Shown here: in pieces, positions 39,998 through 50,667 of the stretch
Position numbering within the stretch: position 1 is the stretch's first letter
Layout of the letters: the number at the start of each line of letters is the position of its first letter
IMG/VR virus record: IMGVR_UViG_3300037042_003862
Coordinates: 1-54,531 of that record
DNA from: a virus
Lineage: Duplodnaviria; Caudoviricetes
Strand: one strand, 5' to 3'
Length of the DNA: 54,531 nt
Position numbers and translations under genes: made by a program
Notes under the pieces: generated by a model
The model's database searches: none
What the model saw: the letters and a program-made list of their open reading frames with translations, nothing else
What the model was told of the DNA's origin: nothing

Positions 39998-41842
39998 TCA
40001 GTTATCATCGAACACGCGGAGAACTGGGACGTTGACTCGGGCAAGCCCGATCCGGTCGTGCTGAATCTTGATCTCGTCCGCATCAAAGCGGCACAGCTCA
40101 TAATACATCACCCGACTAACTTCCGCAACCGTCCTGTTTGCCGGCCAGGTCGTGTTTAGAGTCAGCCGCTCGACCGTGGAGCTGATGGTGGCCGAGGAGA
40201 GGACCGACCTTACCAGGCTGGTTCCGTCCGTGAAGGTGATTCGGAACAGGTCCGACGGGGCCCTATCCTGAATGAAGCGGACATACTCATGAGCCTCAAC
40301 ATCCATGGTGGTGGCGCCGGAGACCAAGTTGGCTACCACGGTCAGGTCCTCGCCGAACGTCGGGATGTAGAAGGCCTTCTGTCGGCCGCGGATGGCACTG
40401 AGAAGGTTCCTGAACTGGAGCATCTCCTCCCGATCGCGCAGCACAAAACCCTTTTCGGACCCTCGCTTGCTTCGGTCCCAGGAGCTTTGCTGAGTCACCT
40501 TTCCGGTGCCGTTGTCGATCCGATAGATGCGCCTCGGGTATTCCGTCCGCATCGCCGACCCCTCCACGATGTTCGGATCATCGAACAGAACGCGGGTGTT
40601 GTAGATGCTCCAGAACCCCGGAGTGGTAGACCCGGCCAGTGCCCCGGTGTCATTGTCAGTGACCTCAAACGTGATGTTGAACGACTCTAGGTTGTTCAAG
40701 AACCTCGCCCCCGAGGCCGCTCGGATGATGAGGGCGGTCCGCAGAGGCATGATCGCAGTCCCGGCCGGATATCCGTTCACGCTCGCATCCGCGGCGGTGA
40801 TCAACGTGTCCGTGATCGCCTGAATCTCAATCACGTCATACGTGTAGTTGTTGCTGATGATGACCGCTAGGCCGCCAACTCTGAAGTCGCAATCCGCCGC
40901 CCCCGACACCGCATAGGCTGTTGCGCCAACGGAGACTGCCGCAGTGGTGAAGATTCTTTCGTGCCAGAGCGGGAACCCAAACGCATTGTCAGTCCAGTCG
41001 AGCAGCAAGGCATGCATCCGCTGACGCTCGTTCGCGTCGAGCAGATAGGTGACCTCAAAGATCTGGCGGGGATTCTTGCGAAGAGCTATGCGCTGCTCCT
41101 CCCCGTTGATCGACTCGATGATGTCCGTGAGGAAAGCCAGTGTCTCAACGGCTGGCGCCTCATACACCATGGGCATGAGGACGATTCGCGAGCCCGAGAT
41201 GAGCAGCTCCAAGTCCTCTGCCGGCAAGGCGAACCCAAACACGATGTTCGTGTCGAACTGGGGCAGCCCTTCCTGGAGAGCCTGGATGCGAGTCTTGTCC
41301 AGCCCTCCGTTTGCTAGTGTCCCCAAGCCCACCCCGCCGTCGTTCCCGGTGGAGGTGGAGCGCAAGAACGAGGAGAGCCTCCCCAACGCTTGCGGTGCGA
41401 CCGCATCGGGGAGGTCAACACCTGGGAGGGCGTTATTGGTGATCGCCGTCAGCGTGACTTCTTGATTCCGGAATGCGCTGTAGATCTCATACACATCCTC
41501 GACGAGGGTGATAATGTTGCCGAACGCAATCGGAGCCTTGGGCGTGAGGTGGACCTTCTCAAACCAGTCCTGGTTGAACCCTCCGCCCACGTCGAGGTCC
41601 GGCGACCCGAGCCAAGAGGTGTTGGTGTCTGTGCCTGCGGTTCCCTGCTCGGCCGAGGTCCTCAAACCGCCCGCCGAGTCCAGGGTGGGGTCAAGGTCCT
41701 GTGCGGTAGGGGCCCCTCCTGGGGCCGTTCCCGACTCCCACTGACTGAACGGAACGCCGAGGCCCGAGGAGGTGCCGCTGAAGTAGGCCCCGACAGTGAA
41801 GTCAAACAGGCCCCCTGTTCCGGTTCTCGCGGTTCCAGACAT
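39998..41842 (-). CDS. Virion structural (distal tail) protein
   Basis: E.L.FLTD......G.EQR.ALR..PR, RGRQKAFY.PT; position after tape measure. Confidence 0.75.
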   Translation of the reverse strand: MSGTARTGTGGLFDFTVGAYFSGTSSGLGVPFSQWESGTAPGGAPTAQDLDPTLDSAGGLRTSAEQGTAGTDTNTSWLGSPDLDVGGGFNQDWFEKVHLTPKAPIAFGNIITLVEDVYEIYSAFRNQEVTLTAITNNALPGVDLPDAVAPQALGRLSSFLRSTSTGNDGGVGLGTLANGGLDKTRIQALQEGLPQFDTNIVFGFALPAEDLELLISGSRIVLMPMVYEAPAVETLAFLTDIIESINGEEQRIALRKNPRQIFEVTYLLDANERQRMHALLLDWTDNAFGFPLWHERIFTTAAVSVGATAYAVSGAADCDFRVGGLAVIISNNYTYDVIEIQAITDTLITAADASVNGYPAGTAIMPLRTALIIRAASGARFLNNLESFNITFEVTDNDTGALAGSTTPGFWSIYNTRVLFDDPNIVEGSAMRTEYPRRIYRIDNGTGKVTQQSSWDRSKRGSEKGFVLRDREEMLQFRNLLSAIRGRQKAFYIPTFGEDLTVVANLVSGATTMDVEAHEYVRFIQDRAPSDLFRITFTDGTSLVRSVLSSATISSTVERLTLNTTWPANRTVAEVSRVMYYELCRFDADEIKIQHDRIGLARVNVPVLRVFDDN

Positions 41843-41847
41843 GGCTG

Positions 41848-42870
41848 TTAGGTGGTGACCTTCTTGTAGGCAATCCCCTGATACCCGCTGTAGCCAACGG
41901 GGGAGTTGCCGTCAACCAAGGCCTTCCGAGCCGAGGGGAACATCACCCAGACATCGCTGCCAACGGTGATCTCCTCCGCCGCCGCGAAGTCCCGAATGTT
42001 GACCATGCGGACATCCTTCATCTGCCCCATGGGCCCATAGATCTGATCCGGGGACCGCCGCCAGTAGTAGGAGACGATGGGGGACATGGGACACAGACCC
42101 CGAGCGTTGCTGCCTCGGAACATCCCAAAGGCCTTGGCAAACGGTCCGCCGCGGTATCCTCCCATCCAGTGCCCACGGGCGTTGCCTGCGCGGTCCGTCC
42201 CCAAGCTGCCGGAGGCTTGGTCACCCATCGACACTAGCCAGATCTCAGAACCGCCCTGACCAGGAAGAGATGCTGCGTGAACGGTCGCCGCGTAGAGCTG
42301 GGCGTTGGAAAGGGTAGTGGACCCGCTGGTCGCTAGGATCCCGTCCAGGAGCTTGGTGCAATCGTTGTACACCATGGTGTTGGCGTTAACCGCGCTCTGG
42401 CGGAACCCATACACATACTCCCCTCCCGACCAGTCATGGAACTTGTCGAGCTGACCCGCCCCAAAGTGGACATAGTCATCCGAATCAACCTGGACCACTA
42501 CGTGGAAGTATTGGTCATCCTCAAAGCACCAATACTGGGTCGGCGTGTTGGTGATCGGAACGTGACGCCCGGTAGCGAGAGTCGCGTTGGTGCTCGTGTT
42601 GATGCCGTTACCGCTATCCGCCGTCTGGGCGCTAGCGTGAACTGCGTTGTTGTAGGCTGCTCCAAACCACTGATACAGCCCAACGTTCGACGGCGTGGCG
42701 CCGTCCCAGTGAGCAGCAAAGCAGATGTCATAGCCTGCCGCATTCTTGCGGGCCGCAAACGAGTTAGCTGCGGGCGTTGGAATCGTCCAGCCTGGGGTGC
42801 TGACGAGGAAGGTTCCGAGCTTGGTGAACAAGTCGGAGATGCTGGAACACGCTTCGTTGATGTAGCTCAC
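41848..42870 (-). CDS. Virion structural protein
   Basis: H.VV......Y.HFG.G.L.K...W.GG.Y; I..GSD.W..FP; tail cluster. Confidence 0.75.
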   Translation of the reverse strand: MSYINEACSSISDLFTKLGTFLVSTPGWTIPTPAANSFAARKNAAGYDICFAAHWDGATPSNVGLYQWFGAAYNNAVHASAQTADSGNGINTSTNATLATGRHVPITNTPTQYWCFEDDQYFHVVVQVDSDDYVHFGAGQLDKFHDWSGGEYVYGFRQSAVNANTMVYNDCTKLLDGILATSGSTTLSNAQLYAATVHAASLPGQGGSEIWLVSMGDQASGSLGTDRAGNARGHWMGGYRGGPFAKAFGMFRGSNARGLCPMSPIVSYYWRRSPDQIYGPMGQMKDVRMVNIRDFAAAEEITVGSDVWVMFPSARKALVDGNSPVGYSGYQGIAYKKVTT

Positions 42871-44522
42871 ACCGTCTCCTTGACGCAGACATAGTGGTAG
42901 TTTTCAGTCTGGACGTGGGTATGGAACACCCGGTAGCGGTCACTACCAATCGTGATGTAGTCCTCGGAGAAGAGGGCAATGGTTGCGGCGCTGCTGTCCG
43001 TGTTGTAGACCCAGAACCAGTTGGCGAGATTTCCAACCACCTTGTCGTTGGTGTTCGTGTCGCCTCCGATCGGGCTGCCGCCGCTGGCCCTGTGGAGAAC
43101 CGTTAGCGGAATGGGGTAGTGGAGATGGGTTGAGGATCCTGGGATGGGGACGATGCGGCGGGAGGAGACTGCCCGTGCGGTGCTGCCTACCCCAGTCCAA
43201 AACACCACCGGGCCATCATCAACAATATCGTCGGAGCGGTAGTTTACGCCCTTGTCGGGAACCTGGGCCATCGGGAAGATACAGCTGCCGCGGGCCGTGT
43301 TTGCCGAGCTGGTCGAGGTATTCGCCAGCATCACCCAGTCTGAGGTCTCCGTGAGATAGAACCAGAGGCCGGTGTTGGTGTTGTCGTCGCGGAAGGCCTC
43401 CGAAAGGCCGGTGATGTCGCCGCTCGACAAGCTGGGGTTGATGTTATACTCCCGAGCCGCGGCCCCTACAAACATGGGGTAAGGGTCCTCCGTCTCCGTG
43501 GCGAAGCTGTCCAGGAAGCCGGCATACCAGTGATGGTATTGGTTGTTGTCGCTTGTAGCTCCGGCGGAGTTAGTGTCCAGGACACCGCTGATGCGCATGT
43601 CGTCAACACTGATCCAGAAGTCCATGTCCTGAAGATCATTCTCGTCGCAGAGGAGATAGGGGAGCCCGGTGCTGTGGGTTCCCGGGTCTCCCAGAATCCC
43701 CGGCTGCGCCGACATCGCGGTGCCGGCGTTGTGGGCGATCATCCCGTGGAGGGAGAGGGCGTATCGAGTGTTGAGCCCCGAGGTCGCCGTGATCGAACAG
43801 AAGCCGATGTATGGCTTGTTCGTCCTTCCCGAGGCATCGCCCTTCAGCACCACGTGCTTCTCGTCGGTGAGGGCGTTGAACGTCAAGTTGTTGACGTTAC
43901 GCTCCGCGGTCCAACCACTCTCGGCCAGGGTGATGTCCACCGTTCCCCCTGTGCCCACCCCCGTCACCGCAGTCGTTGCGAGGGCGGTGGAGCCGATCAA
44001 GCCGGTCATCGTTGCTGTGATCGTTGCTCCGGATCCGGACCCTGCTGTGGGACCGATCTTGGTCGTGGTGTCTGCGGCCCCCGGGGCGCTGGTGTAGGCC
44101 CCACCAGTTTCAAACACGGTGACCGTGGCCACAGTAGAGGTGGCTGGAACCAGAGTGGCCACCTGGACTTTCCCTTTCTCCCGAGCCGTCCCGCCCGCTA
44201 GCTGAAGGATGTCCCCTACAGCATAGCCGGTTCCGGCAGCCACGGCCACCGCGCTGGCAATGCGGTTGGAAAACGCACCGCTGGCCACGATGCGCAGCGC
44301 GGTGATCGCACCAGCAACCGCAGTAACCTCAAACCGAGCATCGAGGTAGGCTCCGGCGTGGGTTAGGGCGATAATGTCACCGGTCACGTATCCCGAGCCC
44401 GCCGCATTGAAAGCAACTGTTGCGACATGCTTCGATGTGGCCATGGCCACGATCTTGACGAGCAGGTCGCGATAGCCGGTTGCGCGATCCGTCCCAGCAC
44501 CAGTTTCGTATTGCCACGCCAT
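42867..44522 (-). CDS. Virion structural protein with G/A/T-rich insertion
   Basis: GSGY..GD repeats; YP.F.G; IT.GSD.Y.VF; directly after tape measure. Confidence 0.75.
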   Translation of the reverse strand: MAWQYETGAGTDRATGYRDLLVKIVAMATSKHVATVAFNAAGSGYVTGDIIALTHAGAYLDARFEVTAVAGAITALRIVASGAFSNRIASAVAVAAGTGYAVGDILQLAGGTAREKGKVQVATLVPATSTVATVTVFETGGAYTSAPGAADTTTKIGPTAGSGSGATITATMTGLIGSTALATTAVTGVGTGGTVDITLAESGWTAERNVNNLTFNALTDEKHVVLKGDASGRTNKPYIGFCSITATSGLNTRYALSLHGMIAHNAGTAMSAQPGILGDPGTHSTGLPYLLCDENDLQDMDFWISVDDMRISGVLDTNSAGATSDNNQYHHWYAGFLDSFATETEDPYPMFVGAAAREYNINPSLSSGDITGLSEAFRDDNTNTGLWFYLTETSDWVMLANTSTSSANTARGSCIFPMAQVPDKGVNYRSDDIVDDGPVVFWTGVGSTARAVSSRRIVPIPGSSTHLHYPIPLTVLHRASGGSPIGGDTNTNDKVVGNLANWFWVYNTDSSAATIALFSEDYITIGSDRYRVFHTHVQTENYHYVCVKETV

Positions 44523-47326
44523 TATCGAATCACCTGTGACACGCGGTCCTTGTTTCGAGCCAGAGCATTGATGATGGCCTCGTCCGCCTCGCCGTTGGTG
44601 ATGGCTTGGGGGACCTTACTGGGGTCATCGACGTTGACCACCTGAACGTTCACCTGGGGAGCGGCCCCAGACTGTCCGTTGGGGACGATGCGGCCGGAGC
44701 GTCCCGGCTGGAACAGCTCAGGACCTTCCTCACCCACCATGTAGGAGCGGCCGGCAGTCACAGGCCCACCGGCAGCGCGAGCTTCCGGCAGCTGGGGACC
44801 GTAGGAGTCTGGATTCATCAGAGAGTTGGTTGTGGCGACCCCGGCTGGAGCGCTCAGGCCGAGGGCGGCGCTGATGGCCTGGACAACCAAAAGCCGAATC
44901 AGGACTTTGGTGATCTCTTCCAGCACGCTGACGGCGAACTGCTTGAACGCGAACTCGCCCGTGCGGGTGAACTCAAAGATGGCATCCGTAGCCTTGTCCG
45001 CGAACGTGGTGACGATCCGGTCGCCCACCGAGGCAAAGTCCTCCGCCTCCATCTTCATGCGGAGAAAGGCTCGGCTGAATCCGTCCGCCAGATCGGTCGA
45101 GGACTGGAGCGCCTGGAGCCGAACTCCGTCTAGGGCACGGTTGATCTCCTCGTGGAGAAGCGGCTGTTGACGCAGCAGCTCCTGGAGCCTCAACTCCTCC
45201 TCAACCAACTGCCTCTTGTAGTTGAGGCTCTCGCCGAGCTGGTCGATGGATGCCTGTTGTGCGGCTGCCTGGGTGACCCTTCTTTGCTCTTCAACGAGCT
45301 GCGTCAGGAGCGCAGCCTGCTCCCCTGTCAGTTGAATGCCCTCCCTCCGGAGCTGCTGCTCAATCTGGAGAGTGGAGGCAACAAGCTCGCCCTGCTGAGC
45401 CCGGACGCTCTCCAGTTCGATTGCCTCACGCAGCGACTCGACCTGAACTGCGAACGGGTCCGAGCCCACCGCCTTCTCGGTGTTGTCGCCCAGGCGAGAC
45501 AGGAATGCGTTGTATTCACCCAGACTGATCGTGCCTTGGGCGAGGAGTGCGTTGAGGGCCTCCTGCTTTCGGTTGGCCTCCTCTTGCGGCCCTCGGATCT
45601 CTTCCAGGACGCCGCGCTGATCGGAGAGGAGCTGATTCAGCTCCAGCTTGCCCTGGATGGCGTCGATGTCCGCGGTGTTGGGCACCACGCCAGCCTTCAA
45701 CAACTCCTGGAGACGCTCCTCCAGGTCAATCTGGACTTGCGACTCGCGAGAGAAGGCCCTGCGCCTCTCGATCTCTCGGTCCAGGGAACGCAGCGTGTTC
45801 TGAACAGAGATTGCGTCCAGATCTCTTGCAGCAGCAATCTTCTTGTAGTCCTCTACTTCCTTGACAATCTGTCCTCGCCGCCGTGCGATCTCGCTGGTCA
45901 AGAGCTTGACGCGCTCCCTCTGCTCATCTGTGGCCTCGCCGTTCTGCCCGATGACCCGGTTCAGCTGGTTCAAGTCTCGCTGAAGTCCGGTCAGTCTGTT
46001 TGCCGTCTGGACAAGCGCAGCATCCTTCTCCAGGTTCTCAAAGATTTCCTGGAGTAGCTTTGTCTCCTTAACAGCACCCGCTGTCGCCAAGGACACCAAG
46101 GCGATGGCCGCCGCTCCCAGGGCGAGAAGCGGGTTGAGTGTTGCGAACTTAACAACCAAACTCCCGATCAACGGGATCAGCTTTGTGGCGAATGCCGCAG
46201 CTAGGCCAAGTGCTGCCTGAGTGGTGATCTCGATGTTACGGGCGAAGAACTGAAACACCGCGGAGACGGCATTGAACGTCTTGGTCAGGGCGCTGTTTGC
46301 CCCCAGCTCTCCAACACGGAGAACAAAACCTTCAATTGCGGCACGGGAACGAAGGAGGGCCCCGTTGAGGCTGTTGTCGATATCCGCTGCTGTCCTCTTT
46401 GCTGACCCACCGGCCTTGTCAAGTCGATCCGTCAGCTGAGTCAGCTTGGGGATCTGGTTGGCAAGGACTTCAAAGGCCGGACCGCCGCGGTCACCGAAGA
46501 TTTCAAGGGCGAGACCGGCGTCAACTCCGGCATCCTTGAGGACAGTCAGCGCCTGGGTCAGGCCTACCTGAGACACCGAGACCTCAGCAGCGCTGATGCC
46601 GAGGGACTCCAGAACGCGCCTCGTGGCCGTGGTCGGGCCTTCCAGCTCGGAGAGGATGCGCTTGAGGCCCGTGCCGGCAAGGCTGGCCTTCAAGCCCGCG
46701 TCCGAGAGGATGCCGAGAGCCGCGTTGGTGGACTCAAACGAGATGCCGACGCTCGCCGCAATCGGAGCGACAAACTTGAGGGCGTCACCGAGTTCTTGGA
46801 CGCTGGTGTTGGTCTTGTTCGCCGTGTCGGCAAGAACGTCTGCCACGCGACCCATCTGCGTGGCCTGGAGTCGAAACCCGCGGAGAGAGGTTGCTGCGAT
46901 GTCCGCGGCGTCCGAGAGGCCCAGGCCGCCCGCCGTCGCTAGCACGAGGGTGTCTGATACCGCCTCAAGGGCCTCGGTTCCAGAGAAGCCGGCACGACTC
47001 AGGTTCAGCAACGATTCCGCCGCGGCGGTGGCCGTGAATCGAGTCGTTGTGCCTAGTGAGAGGGCCTTCTCCTTCAGGTCCTCAAATGCCTGCCCTGTGG
47101 CTCCGGAAACGGCACGGACCGTAGCCATGGCCTCGCTGAACGCGGCAAGAGAGCGGACCCCCGCGGTGATGAGGGAGCCACTAACAATGCCACCAAACAC
47201 CCCCAAGATCGTGTTGCGCAGGCGGTTGGCGCGGTCATTGATGTTGTCCAGCTCGTCACGAACCCGCTTTGCGCCCGGGGCGGCTCCGCGTGGGTTGATG
47301 ATGACGTCAATCCGGAACTCAACCAT
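44522..47326 (-). CDS. Tail tape measure protein (TP901 family)
   Basis: 934 aa; V.AVSGATG, LGTTT.FTA..AA, ADVLA..AN..NT.V..LG.ALK.VAP, A.GGPV.AG..Y.VGE.GPELF. Confidence 0.92.
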   Translation of the reverse strand: MVEFRIDVIINPRGAAPGAKRVRDELDNINDRANRLRNTILGVFGGIVSGSLITAGVRSLAAFSEAMATVRAVSGATGQAFEDLKEKALSLGTTTRFTATAAAESLLNLSRAGFSGTEALEAVSDTLVLATAGGLGLSDAADIAATSLRGFRLQATQMGRVADVLADTANKTNTSVQELGDALKFVAPIAASVGISFESTNAALGILSDAGLKASLAGTGLKRILSELEGPTTATRRVLESLGISAAEVSVSQVGLTQALTVLKDAGVDAGLALEIFGDRGGPAFEVLANQIPKLTQLTDRLDKAGGSAKRTAADIDNSLNGALLRSRAAIEGFVLRVGELGANSALTKTFNAVSAVFQFFARNIEITTQAALGLAAAFATKLIPLIGSLVVKFATLNPLLALGAAAIALVSLATAGAVKETKLLQEIFENLEKDAALVQTANRLTGLQRDLNQLNRVIGQNGEATDEQRERVKLLTSEIARRRGQIVKEVEDYKKIAAARDLDAISVQNTLRSLDREIERRRAFSRESQVQIDLEERLQELLKAGVVPNTADIDAIQGKLELNQLLSDQRGVLEEIRGPQEEANRKQEALNALLAQGTISLGEYNAFLSRLGDNTEKAVGSDPFAVQVESLREAIELESVRAQQGELVASTLQIEQQLRREGIQLTGEQAALLTQLVEEQRRVTQAAAQQASIDQLGESLNYKRQLVEEELRLQELLRQQPLLHEEINRALDGVRLQALQSSTDLADGFSRAFLRMKMEAEDFASVGDRIVTTFADKATDAIFEFTRTGEFAFKQFAVSVLEEITKVLIRLLVVQAISAALGLSAPAGVATTNSLMNPDSYGPQLPEARAAGGPVTAGRSYMVGEEGPELFQPGRSGRIVPNGQSGAAPQVNVQVVNVDDPSKVPQAITNGEADEAIINALARNKDRVSQVIR

Positions 47327-47335
47327 CAGACTACC

Positions 47336-47731
47336 TCACCGCTTCAGCGTGGACTTCGACCGCTTTGCCTTTCGAGCCTGATCTTGTTCTTTGTGACGTT
47401 GGGTTTCTCGGAGGTCGCTGAGGTAGACCTCATCCATTTCACGGATGAGGACCTCCAGGACTCCTATCATAGCACGGTCGAGGCCTTTGCGCTCGCCATA
47501 CATCACAATCTTAGACCAGGGGATGGGGCCGATGGCGGTTCCAAACGCCCGCTCGCTGCACAGGTCAGCGAAAGCGCGCAGCCAGAAGTCATCGCCCCGC
47601 ACCTCCGCGGGCTTCTTCACATACCAGTCGGGAAGTCGCCCCGAGTTGGCGTTTTGGTACTGACCCGACTCCACCGCCCACCCGTCCCGGGCGTAGCGGA
47701 GGTCCCAGCGGAGCCGGTCGGTCAGTTTCCC
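47336..47731 (-). CDS. Tail assembly chaperone C-terminal extension (gpT-like, reached by -1 frameshift)
   Basis: Frame open from slippery GGGAAAC (47725-47731) through 47336..47674; AF.DL..ER......GPIPW..I..Y. Confidence 0.75.
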   Translation of the reverse strand, partial: GKLTDRLRWDLRYARDGWAVESGQYQNANSGRLPDWYVKKPAEVRGDDFWLRAFADLCSERAFGTAIGPIPWSKIVMYGERKGLDRAMIGVLEVLIREMDEVYLSDLRETQRHKEQDQARKAKRSKSTLKR

Positions 47732-48171
47732 GCCAGCTCCTGGGCATCCGGCGGCAGTTCGTCCCCCTGCTGGAGGAACCGCTCCGGGGTCGAGGCGAAG
47801 GTGCGCAGGCGGTCAAAGAGCCAGGCGGGGAGCTTGGCGCAGAACTCTCGGCAGTGGTCCGCGCTGAAGGGGATCCCCTCGTTGGTCTTGCGGTTGAGGA
47901 CGCCCTCCCAACCGACGATCACAAACCGGGGATACAGCTCCCGGTCCTCACTGCGGTTGAGTTCGGCGTCCTCGACCGTCACCCGGTCCGTCCGGACCGC
48001 TCGGCGGGCCCGATTGCCGGCGCGGCGCAACAGGCCGTTGTAGTAGCCGCGATTGGCCTCAGTCGCAGGACGGAGCTGGATGCGCGCACCGGGGGAGAGT
48101 TCCGGAAGGTCGCACCAGGCAGTGTTCTCCTGGGCAACTTCCAGATGGTCGAAGTCGAAAGTGTCGCTCAT
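47722..48171 (-). CDS. Tail assembly chaperone (gpG-like)
   Basis: Between tail tube and tape measure; ends G GGA AAC TGA. Confidence 0.8.
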   Translation of the reverse strand: MSDTFDFDHLEVAQENTAWCDLPELSPGARIQLRPATEANRGYYNGLLRRAGNRARRAVRTDRVTVEDAELNRSEDRELYPRFVIVGWEGVLNRKTNEGIPFSADHCREFCAKLPAWLFDRLRTFASTPERFLQQGDELPPDAQELAGN

Positions 48172-48209
48172 GGTTCTACAGGTTCAGGGGGTTCGGGTCC
48201 TCGGGCCTA

Positions 48210-49805
48210 TCAGGCCCAAGGAACAACGGGGAACAGGCTGATGCCGAGGTTGTAGCCGTAGGTGGACGAGGTGAACGTCTGCCCGGTGATGGACACCAGG
48301 ACCGACGCGTCAACCGGGAACTCTCGCGCACCGTCGCCAAACGTCATCTCGGGGATGTCAAAGGCAACGGCCCCGTCCTCGTTCTTGAGGATGGCGAGGA
48401 ACGTCACTGTCTCATTGTCCTTGATGGCGTTGACGATGTCCTTGCTCGTGAAGAGCATCTGGCCCTCCAGGTCCACTTCAAACAGGCCGCTGTTCATGAA
48501 GCGGGCTCCGAGCGTGCCCAGGCACTTCTCCGGGCTCACGTTGTTTCGGATCGACAGCGTCAGGTCCTTGAAACAGACATCGGAAACGCTGCTGATGACG
48601 TCCGTCGAGAGCGCGGCAAAGTTGGAGGCCGTGTTCACGGCCGTGGTCCGGAGAGGAGTCACGGCGCTGCTCGGCCCGGTCTTGCGGGTGGGTGTGATGT
48701 CGTCCGAGTTAGTCCCAATGAAGGAGTAGCTCATCGTGGCCTTGTCGCTGATCGGCATCGTGATGCTGACCTCGTTGACAAAGTTGCCGATGGCATACTC
48801 ATACTCTGGGGTGCTGACTCCGCCCAGCTCGGGATACGTCACCTCCATCTGGTAGCTCAGCTCCAGATAGCGGGTGTCGTCCGAGTTGGAGGTGACAGCA
48901 ACGTCGCGCAGGAAGCGACCAAACAGGAGGTCCTGGCTAGCCCCCGCGCCCGGGCCTACGTGAACGTCACTCGCAATGCCGAGCGTCGAGGACAGCTTGT
49001 CCAGGTTGAGGGTCGTTGCGGAGATGGCCGTGATGCGAGCGTAGCCGTAGCTGACCACGCCGCCGGCACCCAGACCGTTCTGGACCACACCCGTAGTCGG
49101 GTTGGCCGAGCCGATGTGGATGAACTGTCCGACCTTCAGACCCAGGGTGGTGAAGCTAACAGCCGTGGCCGAGACCAACGTGGCAGTCAGGCCCGACCCG
49201 GCAATCGTCAGAGTCAAGTCCGCGTCGTTCAGGACGCGCAGACCGCAAACCTGAAGACTGGCGTTGGTGGGGGGAGTCTCCACCACCAAGGACGAACCAC
49301 CACAGGTGATCGTTGAGCCTGCCGCGCCAAGGTCCGCCGTCAGGACATGAAGGCCGTTGTTGGCCGCGTTCGTGTAACCCTTCGCCCAGAGGAGGGTGGC
49401 GCGGTCGCCTGTCACCCACTGGACCTTGCCGGCGAGGAGGGTTGTGGCCGACACGACGGTGAACGTGGTTCCCGAGGCGACTGTGGGAGGCAAAAGGCCG
49501 CCCGTGAACCGGAGGTTGAACTCATCGTTTGCGAACTCCGCGAACATGAACCCCTCGGCGAAGTCCGCGAACGCATCCATGGTCAGGTCCGTCTCAAACT
49601 CGACAGCCGAGTCCAAGTCCGTGACCGTGCCCTTGCGGCGGCCGCGGTCCTGGCTGATGGGCCGACGGACCGTAGTGGCGATGGTGGCGCCATACGAGCC
49701 GATGGTGTCGAACTCAGCGAGACGCCAGCCGGTGGTAACGGCCACGCCAATGGAAGATTCGGTGCAGAACCGAAGGCTGGTGTTGTTGGTATTGACGCGT
49801 GCCAT
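48210..49805 (-). CDS. Major tail tube protein
   Basis: 531 aa; R.PI..DR.R.KG.VTDLD, L.I.NN........LG....N.G.FEV; position. Confidence 0.8.
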   Translation of the reverse strand: MARVNTNNTSLRFCTESSIGVAVTTGWRLAEFDTIGSYGATIATTVRRPISQDRGRRKGTVTDLDSAVEFETDLTMDAFADFAEGFMFAEFANDEFNLRFTGGLLPPTVASGTTFTVVSATTLLAGKVQWVTGDRATLLWAKGYTNAANNGLHVLTADLGAAGSTITCGGSSLVVETPPTNASLQVCGLRVLNDADLTLTIAGSGLTATLVSATAVSFTTLGLKVGQFIHIGSANPTTGVVQNGLGAGGVVSYGYARITAISATTLNLDKLSSTLGIASDVHVGPGAGASQDLLFGRFLRDVAVTSNSDDTRYLELSYQMEVTYPELGGVSTPEYEYAIGNFVNEVSITMPISDKATMSYSFIGTNSDDITPTRKTGPSSAVTPLRTTAVNTASNFAALSTDVISSVSDVCFKDLTLSIRNNVSPEKCLGTLGARFMNSGLFEVDLEGQMLFTSKDIVNAIKDNETVTFLAILKNEDGAVAFDIPEMTFGDGAREFPVDASVLVSITGQTFTSSTYGYNLGISLFPVVPWA

Positions 49806-49813
49806 TTGTTACC

Positions 49814-50236
49814 TCACTTGCGTTCGTCGTATTCAAACTCGCACTCAACCAGCACCTGATACCATCCACCGTCATCCGGCCCGATCTCTCGGATGATGAC
49901 GTCATTGAACCGTATCGCATTGCTGGCGAGCGTTGTGCCCTCAAAGATATCGCGAGCAGATTGCGCAAGCGTGTCTGCTTCCCGGGTTCCTTGATTCAGG
50001 GGCGTGAAAACTTGGATGAAGCAGACTCCCGAGCGGCTGTAACGGTTGAGCCCGCCGGACCCCATCCCACCCTTAGCCTCCAAACTGGAGCCTTGGTGAC
50101 GGACGGAGACTCGGACCCACTCAGAGCCCGCAGGGGGGTCATAGGCCTCGTTGTCCAGGGTGATGGGGCTAGTAGCCCCCCACCCCGTGATGAAATGCTG
50201 ATAGATGGTCTCTCGCGCATCTACGAGGGTGACCAT
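49814..50236 (-). CDS. Tail terminator-like protein
   Basis: WVR.SV.H, G..FIQVFTP...G, GWYQ..V..EFEYDE. Confidence 0.75.
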   Translation of the reverse strand: MVTLVDARETIYQHFITGWGATSPITLDNEAYDPPAGSEWVRVSVRHQGSSLEAKGGMGSGGLNRYSRSGVCFIQVFTPLNQGTREADTLAQSARDIFEGTTLASNAIRFNDVIIREIGPDDGGWYQVLVECEFEYDERK

Positions 50237-50667
50237 CAGACCACCCTCCCGAAGAAGCCCGCCCCGCCGCCAAAGAGGTCCGACTGAACAGCCTTGCGGA
50301 TGGCGTTCTGAACGAACCCGGCCGGGGCCTGTCGAGAGCTTCCCTGGTTCAGGCGGTAGATGTAGGGGACTGCGTTGCTGATGTAGATCGGTCCCTGGTC
50401 TCGCCGGTATGACGTGACCACGCGAACCGTTCCGGCCTGCTGGTCCGCTCCGCTGACCGCCTGCTTCGACCCGGTAGGGCTGTCCACACGCGACCCGATG
50501 TTGGGCACCCAGTTGGACCGAGCCCAGCCGGTGTCCACCGGGGTTCCATAGTCGTTGTTGGGGGTCGTCACCAGGTTCGCCACGATGTCCAACGCGAGCT
50601 TCTTGAGGATCTTGTCAAGGAACTCCTCCAGGCTCGTGATGACCAGGCGAATGCTGTTCTGGCTCAT
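50236..50667 (-). CDS. Tail completion protein (HK97 gp10-like)
   Basis: TPVDTGWARSNW, IYISN.VPYI..LN.GSS.QAPAGFV. Confidence 0.85.
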   Translation of the reverse strand: MSQNSIRLVITSLEEFLDKILKKLALDIVANLVTTPNNDYGTPVDTGWARSNWVPNIGSRVDSPTGSKQAVSGADQQAGTVRVVTSYRRDQGPIYISNAVPYIYRLNQGSSRQAPAGFVQNAIRKAVQSDLFGGGAGFFGRVV

